From Candidatus Gottesmanbacteria bacterium (GTDB lineage: Bacteria; Patescibacteriota; Microgenomatia; UBA10105; UBA927): a stretch of DNA of 64,000 nt. The position numbers and the translations under genes were made by a program. Positions 1 through 8,323 of this stretch are shown here, piece after piece (within the stretch, counting starts at the first letter, position 1; each line of letters starts with the position of its first letter). Location: the NCBI GenBank assembly GCA_963711735.1, contig CAVQFA010000003.1:82971-146970 (forward strand). Reading direction: 5' to 3'. The notes under the pieces were generated by a model. It saw only the letters and a list, made by a program, of their open reading frames with translations. It made no database searches and was not told the DNA's origin.

Positions 1-1234
1 ATCCTCTCACTCCCGTATAAATCGTTCTGGTTTGGTCACCAAATGAAACAGTCAGAAGTATGAGCTTCTCACTTTTTTCCACATTTTCCGCTTGCTCTAC
101 CTTCCCTACTCGAATTTCCATCTTCCCAAAATCATCAACGCTGATTTTCCCGTTTTCAGTTTTAATTTCAGTTACAACAGACAACTTACTGCTATACTTA
201 TTTACCAACCCCACTGCTTCCCGTACCTCTTTCATGGTTTCGTTGGCTACTTTTACAGCCTTTGTTCTCCCCTTTTCCAATATATCTGTAACCATTTCCC
301 TGTTTCTTTTAAACTCCTCATACCGTTTCCGTGATCCTTCAAACGTTTTCATAAGAGAGGTAAACAAATACTCTTTGATCTCCACGTCTGCCACTTTTCC
401 GTGCTTATATGCTTCTTTATATTCATCAACGGTTTGACGATCCCCGAAGAAATCCAGATAGCGAAACACCATATTCCCTTCCACATGTCCCGGGTCATTC
501 GCGTGCGCCCGGGTCGGATCGGTAAACGAGCTCATCACCTGTTTTTTTATAATTTCCTCCGGTTCGAAAATGGAGATAATGTTCCCAAGTGACTTGCTCA
601 TTTTCCGTTTGCCGTCGGTCCCTAATACCGACGCGACGTCTTCCGGAATATAAGGCTCTGGCAAAGGAAAGATGGGTTTTTTAAACGTCTTGTTAAACCT
701 TTCGGCAACGTCTCTGGCAATTTCCACATGCTGCTTCTGATCCTTGCCCACGGGCACATAGTCAGGTTTATACATGAGGATGTCCGCAGCCATGAGAATC
801 GGGTAGTTAAATAACCCTAAATTTATCTCGTCTTCCATCACGTCTTTTGCGAGTTTATCTTTATATGCGTGAGCGCGCTTGAGAAGTCCCAAAGGCGTCA
901 CGTTACTCAGAATTGTCTGGAGTTCCGGGTGGAGTCCTATATCGGACTGCCGGAAAAATACCAGCTTCGAAAACTCCTGGTCCGTCAGAAATCCTTTCAG
1001 GAGTGCCAGTTCATTGAGAATGAGTGTTTCAACGTTTTTCTGTAATTGTGCTTTATCCTGTACGGTTGTGAGGGCATGCAGGTCAGCCACAAAAAGAAAA
1101 CACTCGTTATTCCGTGCCATTTGAATAAACTGCTTGACGGCTCCCAAATAATTACCGATGTGTAAACTTCCGTCTCCCGACGGCGTAATACCTGAAAGAA
1201 TCCGTTTATTTTGCAATTGCGTCTGTATATTCAT
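1..1234 (-). CDS. trpS: Tryptophanyl-tRNA synthetase fused to a C-terminal tRNA-binding (Myf/Trbp111/EMAP-like) OB domain; the C-terminus runs off the window edge
   Basis: Hand translation of the minus strand from the ATG at 1234-1232 gives MNIQTQLQNKRILSGITPSGDGSLHIGNYLG (class I HIGH region, TrpRS type). The frame is open, with no stop, down to nt 2. The last ~80 codons read ISVDDFGKMEIRVGKVEQAENVEKSEKLILLTVSFGDQTRTIYTGVRG, the classic tRNA-binding domain signature. A GGAGG RBS sits upstream, and the ATGA overlaps the stop of the upstream racemase. This ORF is absent from the supplied track because it has no stop inside the window. Confidence 0.85.
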   Translation of the reverse strand, partial: MNIQTQLQNKRILSGITPSGDGSLHIGNYLGAVKQFIQMARNNECFLFVADLHALTTVQDKAQLQKNVETLILNELALLKGFLTDQEFSKLVFFRQSDIGLHPELQTILSNVTPLGLLKRAHAYKDKLAKDVMEDEINLGLFNYPILMAADILMYKPDYVPVGKDQKQHVEIARDVAERFNKTFKKPIFPLPEPYIPEDVASVLGTDGKRKMSKSLGNIISIFEPEEIIKKQVMSSFTDPTRAHANDPGHVEGNMVFRYLDFFGDRQTVDEYKEAYKHGKVADVEIKEYLFTSLMKTFEGSRKRYEEFKRNREMVTDILEKGRTKAVKVANETMKEVREAVGLVNKYSSKLSVVTEIKTENGKISVDDFGKMEIRVGKVEQAENVEKSEKLILLTVSFGDQTRTIYTGVRG

Positions 1235-1965
1235 ATTTCCTCCTTATTATAATAGCTTGTAAGTAAATTATCTGCCAGAACTTCCAGACTGCTCAGTATT
1301 TTGGGGTTTTTGACTTCTCCTGTTACCACGGGTAATTCCGTGCACCCCAAAATCACCCCATCTGCCTGACCTGACCGTAAATTCCTTGCCGCCAATTGCA
1401 GTATCCCGTTTCTGTCTGACTTTTTCAGCCTACCCGATATGACATTCCGGATAATCCTTTCTTGTATAACCTGAATTCTTCTGTCCGGATAAAATACCGA
1501 TATTCCCATGGATCGGAACGTTTTTCCGTATAAGTCGTTTTCGATGGTGACCGGTGAAGCATATACGCATACTTTTTTCATCTTCCGCCTGCATACTTCT
1601 TTCCCCATAATTTCAAGCAGGGATCGAAACTCCCGTGGTATAACTTTCTTAATCGGGAATTCCATGATGTGTGCAGTATTGCACGCCATCACAATCGGAT
1701 TGCATCCGAAACTTTTCAAAAGTTTCGCCCTGTCAACGAGCATCCGCTCTACGATTCCTATCTTTTCGGTGCTTGCGATAAAATCCTCAACCGGTATGGA
1801 GTCGAGTACTATTTCGGGAAACTCATTGGGTTCCCGCGCTCCCCGCTTCACTGCTTTTGCCACGATGAGCCGGACAAGCTCCGAGCTTGCCTGCGGACCC
1901 ATGCCTCCGAGTATGCCGATTTTCCTGTTTCTATTATTATTTAGTATATTTTTCATATTTATCAA
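1231..1965 (-). CDS. Aspartate racemase (Asp/Glu/hydantoin racemase family)
   Basis: 244 aa. Motifs IGILGGMGP, MACNTAH (first catalytic Cys) and GCTELP (second catalytic Cys) are present. Translationally coupled to trpS. Confidence 0.8.
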   Translation of the reverse strand: MINMKNILNNNRNRKIGILGGMGPQASSELVRLIVAKAVKRGAREPNEFPEIVLDSIPVEDFIASTEKIGIVERMLVDRAKLLKSFGCNPIVMACNTAHIMEFPIKKVIPREFRSLLEIMGKEVCRRKMKKVCVYASPVTIENDLYGKTFRSMGISVFYPDRRIQVIQERIIRNVISGRLKKSDRNGILQLAARNLRSGQADGVILGCTELPVVTGEVKNPKILSSLEVLADNLLTSYYNKEEI

Positions 1966-2077
1966 TTCTTAAATAATGATTATTACCAACAAATGGTTTG
2001 CTCTCCGCCTTTGGTGGATCGTAACCATATGTGGGATTAGACTCTTCCCCGCTTCGCTCGTCCTCGCCAAATCCCAC

Positions 2078-2100
2078 AAAAAAACCTCCCTGTAGGGAGG
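2078..2100 (-). terminator. Rho-independent terminator (hairpin CCTCCC-TGTA-GGGAGG followed by a T7 run on the minus strand)
   Basis: Seen directly in the sequence. It lies at the distal end of a ~750-nt stretch (1966-2740) that has no convincing ORF. Confidence 0.5.
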
Positions 2101-2739
2101 TCGGTTTGTGTGAATATGGTTATACTTTATTCCACGGTGCTACCAGCCTCCCGACTAGAGGTAAAATGCCAATAATATGCGCTGGTACATACGTTTTTCA
2201 TAGACAACATTCAGTATATCACACCCGGTCAAATATAAAATGCTATAATAAAAGTCATGTCATTCCCGAAACTTGCAGTTTCTGCACGCAAAATCCACCG
2301 GTTTCTCGTCATTTTTATCGTTATTCTGGGTTTGATCAATGATGATAACGGGAACAACGATGAAGTACCCCAACCTTATGCCGATCGATCCGTTCCTCGC
2401 GCGCCGCACACATAATATAGTCAGTACTTTTTTCTCAATAATTCTCCTGGGCATGATGCTAACGGGTTCATATTTGTTCCTTTTCCCGTGGCTTATAAAA
2501 ACATTCAGGAATAAACCCACTCCTAACCAACCGCAGGAATAATCTTAGGAATTCTTCACTTTGCTTGATTATTTATATTTTTACTGCGGGTGGCGCGTAT
2601 TTTGGGACCCGACAGCGCGCAAGGATCGGGTGGATCAGGAGATGTAATAATTTCAATATAATATAACTCGGTAAGCATTCTATTATTACAACGTTAAGAA
2701 AACTGAGCACTGGCGGGAAAATAATACGCGACAGGACCC

Positions 2740-3336
2740 GTGAGTGTATTTGTTACAATACAGTGTATGTCTGATTTATACCTTCGGATTGTTCTTTTTC
2801 TGTCTCTTGCCGCAATTGCGCTTACTTGGACGTTCACGAGTCCGAAGAATTTTTTCAAATTCCTCTCAACCCTCCCCCAACCGCGCTATTGGATCATGCT
2901 CGGATACCAGCTTCTTCCTTTCCTGCAGCTGGGAGATGTTGTACGCGTGTCGTGGATGCCGAATGCATTCAGTGCAATTTGTATTTTTTCAGGAATAATT
3001 ATCCTGTGGTGCGGCATTATTCTTGCTGCTTGGGCAAAAATTGTGATGAAAACCAACTGGGGACGCCCGGGTCAGCATGATATCCGCAAACAGCATACGC
3101 TCGTGACCGGAGGACCGTTTGGGTATACCCGCAACCCGATTTATCTCGGACTCATCCTCGTATTTTTAGGATTTGAGCTTGCGATGCAGAGCTATTTAGT
3201 CATCCTCACACCCTTCCTTTATGTTTTTATGACAGTAATGATCCGGAGAGAAGAAACGCTCCTTGATTCGTATTTCGGTAATGAGTATGCGGGCTACAAA
3301 AACCGTGTCCCCCGCTTCTTCCCGTTTGTCAGATAA
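2740..3336 (+). CDS. Isoprenylcysteine carboxyl methyltransferase (ICMT/phospholipid methyltransferase) family membrane protein
   Basis: 198 aa, multi-TM. Family signature GGPFGYTRNPIYLG ... REE..L...FG.EY..Y...VPR. Confidence 0.7.
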   Translation: MSVFVTIQCMSDLYLRIVLFLSLAAIALTWTFTSPKNFFKFLSTLPQPRYWIMLGYQLLPFLQLGDVVRVSWMPNAFSAICIFSGIIILWCGIILAAWAKIVMKTNWGRPGQHDIRKQHTLVTGGPFGYTRNPIYLGLILVFLGFELAMQSYLVILTPFLYVFMTVMIRREETLLDSYFGNEYAGYKNRVPRFFPFVR

Positions 3337-3442
3337 GTTGCGCAATTTATGTGCAGAATATGGATTTTTCCTCTATTTTGCTTCAATTTTCATTGCCATC
3401 GCATGAATCTGATGCTATAATCAACGGCGTACCTTAAAGTAC

Positions 3443-3512
3443 CGCGGGGTAGTGTACAGTTGCACAGAAGGCTCATAATCTTCTAGGCTGGGTGCGACTC
3501 CCAGCCCCGCAA
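3443..3512 (+). tRNA. tRNA-like cloverleaf with a CAT anticodon. Noncanonical: C1-A72 mismatch, D-loop without GG, T-loop TGCGACT. Possibly a degenerate tRNA-Met or an attachment site
   Basis: Manual fold: acceptor GCGGGG/CCCCGC with a C1-A72 mispair; U8; D-stem GTGT/GCAC; anticodon stem GAAGG/TCTTC with loop CTCATAA (U33-CAT-A37); T-stem CTGGG/CCCAG; discriminator A. The 3' part is repeated at 4743-4789. Confidence 0.35.
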
Positions 3513-3525
3513 CATATTAAATAAT

Positions 3526-3553
3526 AACCCTCCTTGTGAGGGTTTTTATTTTA
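3526..3553 (+). terminator. Rho-independent terminator (AACCCTC-CTTGT-GAGGGTT + T-rich tail)
   Basis: Hairpin plus TTTTATTTT, seen directly in the sequence. Confidence 0.5.
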
Positions 3554-3641
3554 TCCATAGCGGGATGAAAAGCTTATCCTGTAACCGTTCTGACGTCGAT
3601 GGAATTTACAGCGCTTCAATAATCCGGGAATGAAGACTATA

Positions 3642-3890
3642 TTATTCATCCAACTCTTTTTTAGGTAAATCTTCCTCCGCCGGTCCGTTCAACACCTTAC
3701 CATCTGTATTGAAGCTAGACCCATGACACGGACAGTCCCAGGTTTTGTCCTTACCGTTCCATTCGACAACGCAGTCCAAATGGGTACACAATGCTGATAA
3801 TGCGTGTACTTTCCCTGTTTTATCTTTATATACCGCTATTTTTTCATTTTTCTGGTTTATTATTTTCCCCTCATCTGTATTCAGATCCAT
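3642..3890 (-). CDS. Small Rieske [2Fe-2S] domain protein (Rieske-type ferredoxin)
   Basis: Box I CTHLDC and box II CPCHGS. Start chosen at MDLNTDEGK because a GGAGGTG RBS sits 6 nt upstream. The track ORF extends to 3938. Confidence 0.7.
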   Translation of the reverse strand: MDLNTDEGKIINQKNEKIAVYKDKTGKVHALSALCTHLDCVVEWNGKDKTWDCPCHGSSFNTDGKVLNGPAEEDLPKKELDE

Positions 3891-4005
3891 AAAATCACCT
3901 CCGGACTTAAAAATAGAGAAGAATTCCCAACACACCATGGATTATTGCAAGTGTTATTGAAACTGCAGAAATCAAAAAATATGATACGTTCCTCAATATT
4001 TTTAT

Positions 4006-4389
4006 TTACTCCACCACAATTTTTCCGGTCATTGACGGGTGAATGGCGCAACTATAGTCAAAGCTTCCCTTAGTATTAAATGTGAACGCGAACGTATCTC
4101 CCTGGTTTAAGTCTGATGAATTAAACGCATCGGACTTAATTTTATGAGTGGCTGAGTCCTGATTTGTCCAGGTTACTTTTGTGCCTTGCTTTACGGTCAG
4201 AGTACCGGGATTAAAAGCGAAATTCTGGATTGTAACTGAGTTGGCTTCAACGGCTGTTTGCGTTTGTTGTGTTGTTTGGGGCTGTGCTGCCGGTTGCACT
4301 TGACTTGGTTTGTTTTTCATAAGGAAATATAACCCGCCTATGACTACAACAACCAATACTATTCCGATAAGTATTTTATTCATATACAT
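4006..4389 (-). CDS. Membrane-anchored type-1 copper (cupredoxin; plastocyanin/amicyanin/halocyanin-like) protein
   Basis: N-terminal TM helix, Q/T-rich linker, then a cupredoxin fold with the Cu ligands His (THKI) ... Cys-x2-His-x2-Met (YSCAIHPSM). Confidence 0.7.
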   Translation of the reverse strand: MYMNKILIGIVLVVVVIGGLYFLMKNKPSQVQPAAQPQTTQQTQTAVEANSVTIQNFAFNPGTLTVKQGTKVTWTNQDSATHKIKSDAFNSSDLNQGDTFAFTFNTKGSFDYSCAIHPSMTGKIVVE

Positions 4390-4410
4390 TCACCCCCCTT
4401 TATATTAAGG

Positions 4411-4596
4411 TTAATGATCAGAATCAACTTTAATTTCAGGTTTCTTTATTACAGTCTCCCTGGGTAAATAATGAATTAAAGCCTTCTCTACCAGAGCTGT
4501 TAAACTACAATCTTCAACTACTGCTTGAGCTTTAGCATGTTTCGCTAAATCAGGATGAATGAATAGAGTTAATCGTTGTCTATTATTAAGTGTCAT
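4411..4596 (-). CDS. Ribbon-helix-helix (CopG/Arc/MetJ-like) DNA-binding protein
   Basis: 61 aa with the RHH pattern RLTLFIHPDLAKHAK...SLTALVEKALIHYL. CACGTT half-sites lie immediately upstream. Confidence 0.5.
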   Translation of the reverse strand: MTLNNRQRLTLFIHPDLAKHAKAQAVVEDCSLTALVEKALIHYLPRETVIKKPEIKVDSDH

Positions 4597-4642
4597 ACTT
4601 CATATTATACAATTAATTGAAGTACTTGTTAAGTAATAATTG

Positions 4643-4677
4643 CACGTTAACGCTTTAAACGTGAATATATCCACGTT
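4643..4677. promoter_or_regulatory. Candidate operator: CACGTT(N9)AACGTG palindrome plus a third CACGTT half-site, 47-80 nt upstream of the RHH gene
   Basis: Seen directly in the sequence; the position is typical of RHH autoregulation sites. Confidence 0.3.
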
Positions 4678-4936
4678 CTTTTTCAATATTCTTCGTACTT
4701 TCGGCTGATAAATACAGGTTTTTGAAATAAAAACCAGGTTCGGATTTCATCTAACCCCCGCAACAAATAAAATATAAAACCCTCCCTATGAGAATTTTCT
4801 CTATCGATCACTGAGAAGAGCAGTTTGACATGAGCGGTCGAAAAGGTTCAGGTATGTAACAAAAATATATAAGCAGACCACCTTGTCCGTAAAAAAGAGT
4901 ATATTAAAATAGTATAAATTTTAATACTATATCGTT

Positions 4937-5924
4937 ATGAAACGGGACTGGATTTACGTTTTACGTGGTATAGCTATCCTTAGTGTTGTGATCGGACATG
5001 CGATAGATATGAATCCGGAATATCCGTTGCTCTGGTTTTGGAATCATCTTGCTTTTACAATCCCCTGGTTTATTTTTCTTTCGGGCACTGCAAACGCCTT
5101 GTCATTACTTCGACGTCAACAACAAGTTTCGTATATCGTCATCATACATAACGATGGTGGGCCGGATTATAAAAATTTTACCGGTCTATGCGTTGGCAGT
5201 GTATGCTGCATTAACACTGTACGCCTACCCAATTCTTGATCTTCACGATTATCTGTACAGAGTATTGTCATTTCAAACGCAACCGACGTTTTATTTTGTA
5301 TTGTTAATTATTGAACTTTATATTCTGTTCCCCCTGCTTTATGCATTATCCGGTTTCAGCAAAAAAATTCCGGGCAGATTATTAACACTGGTATTAGTTG
5401 GGTTCGTTGCATACATCTGGCCGTTTCTCAAAGCTCCATATCCGTTTGTTCCGGCGGGCATAATCATCGGAGGAGGCTTCCTGTTCATTTTTTATGCCGG
5501 AATGCTTTATGGACGATACGGTATTAAGATGCCTAGACACGGCTGGATAGCGGTGATCTGCGGTATGGTTATAACTGATTATCTGTATATAGTTTACGGG
5601 AAAAATTTAGATCACACCGCTCTTTTTTTTGTATTACTCCAGAGTTGGTCGCTGTTTCTACTGTTTGTGATAAAGAGATTAATAACTTTTATCCCAAAAG
5701 GTGTATCTGCATTCCTGGCTATAATCGGACGTCAATCTTTATATATTTTCCTTTTTCATTATGCGGTTATACATTATCTTTTTGAAAACCGACCTCATAC
5801 TATTATGCTTTTTGTCACAACCTATATAATCGGTATTACCTTACCGATTATTTTTGGTGTTTTGTATGAAAAAATATATAAGTGGATAAAATACCGGTCA
5901 TTACCCATTTTTACTGTCCGATAA
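4937..5924 (+). CDS. Acyltransferase 3 (OafA-like) family membrane protein, interrupted by a +1 frameshift near 5095-5135
   Basis: N-terminal part RDWIYVLRGIAILSVVIGH...FIFLSG is in frame 2. The continuation RIIKILPVYALAVY... is in frame 0 (track ORFs 4937-5239 and 5049-5924). Confidence 0.65.
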
Positions 5925-6102
5925 TACCCCTCCCAATAACAATATGGTCCAAAAATTCTGATCTCTACAAACCCCCGCAATGGGTGAACGAATGAAAAGG
6001 CAGATGGGTTCCGGTTGGTATACCCCGTTTTTCCGGTAACAAGAAGCTATTGATAGTGATAGTATAATAGGAAAAACGTCCGGTGAATAAATTTATCCTA
6101 TT

Positions 6103-7230
6103 ATGTATAAAGAAATAATGAGCCCGCTTCTTGACAGACTGGATTCTGAAACAATGCAGAGATTTACAAAGGACGCACTTCGTATTGCGGAATTATCTCC
6201 GGTGACTCTGAAAGTTTTAGAATTACTCGCAGATCGGCATAAAAGATTTAAAGATGAAAGATTACGGGTACAATTAGGAGGTGTTGAGTTTGAAAATCCG
6301 GTGGTTGTAGCAGCCGGTTGGGATAAAAACGGTCTTGCGGTGAAGGGGTTGTATGCTCTCGGTTTTGCCGGAGTTGAAGTCGGATCCGTTCTAACATACC
6401 CCCAACCGGGTAATCCAAAACCGAGACAATTTGTTATTGGTCCGGGCGTTGCGTTAAACAGGCGCGGGTTTGACAGTGACGGTATGGGAAAGGTAAACAG
6501 TAATCTGAGAAGATATACCAACAGCGGAATTCCTATCGGAATAAATATAGGGAAAAATAAGGAAATTCCGGATATTGCAGCCCCCTGGATGTATGCGGCT
6601 GTTACAAGGCAACTATATAGACATGCTGCATATTTTGTGGTTAATGTTTCCTCACCGAATACTCCGGGACTCAGGAGACTTCAGGAAAAGGAGCCATTAA
6701 CAGATATTGTCCGAGCGGTAAATCAAACAATGGATGAAATGGGAGGAAGAAAGCCTTTATTTGTAAAAATTGCACCGGAGTTAACACGTGAGGCTACAAA
6801 TGATGTTATTCAGGTAGTTTTGGATAATGGTTTAACAGGTATTATTGCTACAAATACCACAACAAATCCTGATATAAAAGCAAAATATGGGGAAATGTGG
6901 AAAAATGAAGCCGGGGGTATAAGCGGTGACGATTCTGTTTATAGACGTATGGCAACAGAAAAAGTTGCTCATATTTACAGAGAGACAAAAGGTGCAATTG
7001 AAATTATCGGAGTAGGCGGAATAAAAGACGCGGAAACTGCATTAGAGAAAATAAAGGCAGGTGCAAAGGTAGTTCAGGTCCTGACAGCAATTCGCGGCGA
7101 AGGACCGACGGTGGCCGGAAGAATCAACCGAGGAATTGTGGACTTCATGGAAAAGGAAGGAATAAAGAATCTCAGCGAAATAATTGGTATGAGGAATTCT
7201 GATTTCTACCAATCCCCTGTTTCGTTATAG
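6103..7230 (+). CDS. pyrD: Dihydroorotate dehydrogenase, class 2 (quinone-type) like
   Basis: 375 aa, collinear with E. coli PyrD. Motifs: NPVVVAAGWDKNG, NRRGFDSDG, VNVSSPNTPGLR, LFVKIAPEL, IIATNTT, GGISG, IIGVGGI. Confidence 0.85.
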   Translation: MYKEIMSPLLDRLDSETMQRFTKDALRIAELSPVTLKVLELLADRHKRFKDERLRVQLGGVEFENPVVVAAGWDKNGLAVKGLYALGFAGVEVGSVLTYPQPGNPKPRQFVIGPGVALNRRGFDSDGMGKVNSNLRRYTNSGIPIGINIGKNKEIPDIAAPWMYAAVTRQLYRHAAYFVVNVSSPNTPGLRRLQEKEPLTDIVRAVNQTMDEMGGRKPLFVKIAPELTREATNDVIQVVLDNGLTGIIATNTTTNPDIKAKYGEMWKNEAGGISGDDSVYRRMATEKVAHIYRETKGAIEIIGVGGIKDAETALEKIKAGAKVVQVLTAIRGEGPTVAGRINRGIVDFMEKEGIKNLSEIIGMRNSDFYQSPVSL

Positions 7231-7233
7231 AAA

Positions 7234-7255
7234 CCGCATTTCTGCGGTCTTTTCT
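7234..7255 (+). terminator. Rho-independent terminator of pyrD (CCGCA-TTTCT-GCGG + TCTTTTCT)
   Basis: Seen directly in the sequence. Confidence 0.55.
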
Positions 7256-7347
7256 ACCCTCAAATGCTCAATAATCTATTGAGAACTTGAGGGTAGTGCT
7301 GAGGTCTCATAATCATTTTATTGATTTTTGAGGGAATGTCCTCAGCA
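7254..7347. repeat. Two adjacent long imperfect palindromes (CTACCCTCAA...TTGAGGGTAG and TGCTGAGG...CCTCAGCA) between convergent genes
   Basis: 10-bp and 8-bp outer stems with inner sub-stems. The motif TTGAGGG occurs twice. Sits at the left boundary of the higher-GC island. Confidence 0.4.
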
Positions 7348-7388
7348 CAGAAAATCGTCCCCTCGCTTATTCAGCGAAAACTACTTGT

Positions 7389-8264
7389 TTACATTTCGCG
7401 CAGATTACCGGCTTTCTTCCAGCAATCGTAGTCAGCATAGAAGATGGCAATCGGCAAGCGAGGTGCAGATACTTGAGTGAACCAGCCGATGAACGGACGG
7501 TTGAAGACTAGTGGCCTCGGCTCATCCAGATCAATACCCTTGCGCATTGCCATACCAGTTGCGACTTTGACCCGGGCACCTTCCTTGTTGATCCGCAACA
7601 TGAACTGTTGATACGCTTCACTGATGTACCAGTACTGATCACTTTCATCGTGAGTATCAGCACCAACCAGGAAGCTGATGTCAGGCTTCATGTTGAAATC
7701 CACTTCGGGCACCTGTACGGTCGAGATGTTGCCAACGCGAGAATGACCCTTTGACATCGTTGTAAACGCGATGCGAATCAGATCCATCGGGCTGGTTGGC
7801 GTCGTATTGGGCATGGTGAGCCAGAGCTTGTCACCGCTTTTAGTCAGCAGACTTGCAACCTGCGAACCTTCCACAGTGAAAACAGTGTGTCCACCTTGAG
7901 GGATTTCAAACCCAGCGTGTGTCCGGTTGTCGCGGCCGTAAATCTCGCAAAGCGCAGCCTGCTTGAGCCATTCGATGAGCATGTCAAGGATCGAAACAAC
8001 GCCGATGCCCTCGAGTGGTCCGTTGAACATGGGATCAAATCCGCTGTCCGTGAGAAAACGGTTCAGTTCTTCCCAGTCAGTGGACGCTTTGGCTTTGAGA
8101 TTTGCCAGTGCACTCAACATGCCTTTGTATTGGCGGTAAAGCTCAAAGACGACGATCTGATTCTGGTTCTTGGTACCCCACTTCCGATCTGCACCCAGGT
8201 ATGCGTTTTCCAGAGTATGCAACGCATGGAAGATGGTTGTTACGTCGATCGCTTGTGTAGCCAT
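7389..8264 (-). CDS. Serpin-like protein, short form (paralog A)
   Basis: 291 aa. The C-terminal part is collinear with serpins: the breach-like LILLLKWKV, the hinge EGARVKVATGMAM (cf. EGTEAAAAT), a reactive-centre-loop-sized spacer, then FNRPFIGWF...PRLPIAIF (cf. FNRPFLFxI...PLFMGxV). The ~100 N-terminal serpin residues are missing. Confidence 0.5.
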   Translation of the reverse strand: MATQAIDVTTIFHALHTLENAYLGADRKWGTKNQNQIVVFELYRQYKGMLSALANLKAKASTDWEELNRFLTDSGFDPMFNGPLEGIGVVSILDMLIEWLKQAALCEIYGRDNRTHAGFEIPQGGHTVFTVEGSQVASLLTKSGDKLWLTMPNTTPTSPMDLIRIAFTTMSKGHSRVGNISTVQVPEVDFNMKPDISFLVGADTHDESDQYWYISEAYQQFMLRINKEGARVKVATGMAMRKGIDLDEPRPLVFNRPFIGWFTQVSAPRLPIAIFYADYDCWKKAGNLREM

Positions 8265-8323
8265 ATGATTCTCCTTGTTGTGTCGAGATAATCAGATTAA
8301 ATTGAATTGGTGAATGTCATCGC

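Noticed and set aside
60-1124. Plus-strand track ORFs 60-437, 92-334, 401-592 and 879-1124
   Set aside because: They lie antisense to the continuous trpS reading frame, have low-complexity composition and no motifs. Spurious.
2010-2095. tRNA/tmRNA 3'-end-like string (GGTTACGATCCACC ... CAAACCA) on the minus strand
   Set aside because: I could not build an acceptor stem or a T-arm. The -ACCA is not preceded by complementary sequence.
6093-6521. Minus-strand 142-aa ORF inside pyrD
   Set aside because: Antisense to a well-supported conserved gene, with Pro/Ser-rich low-complexity translation.
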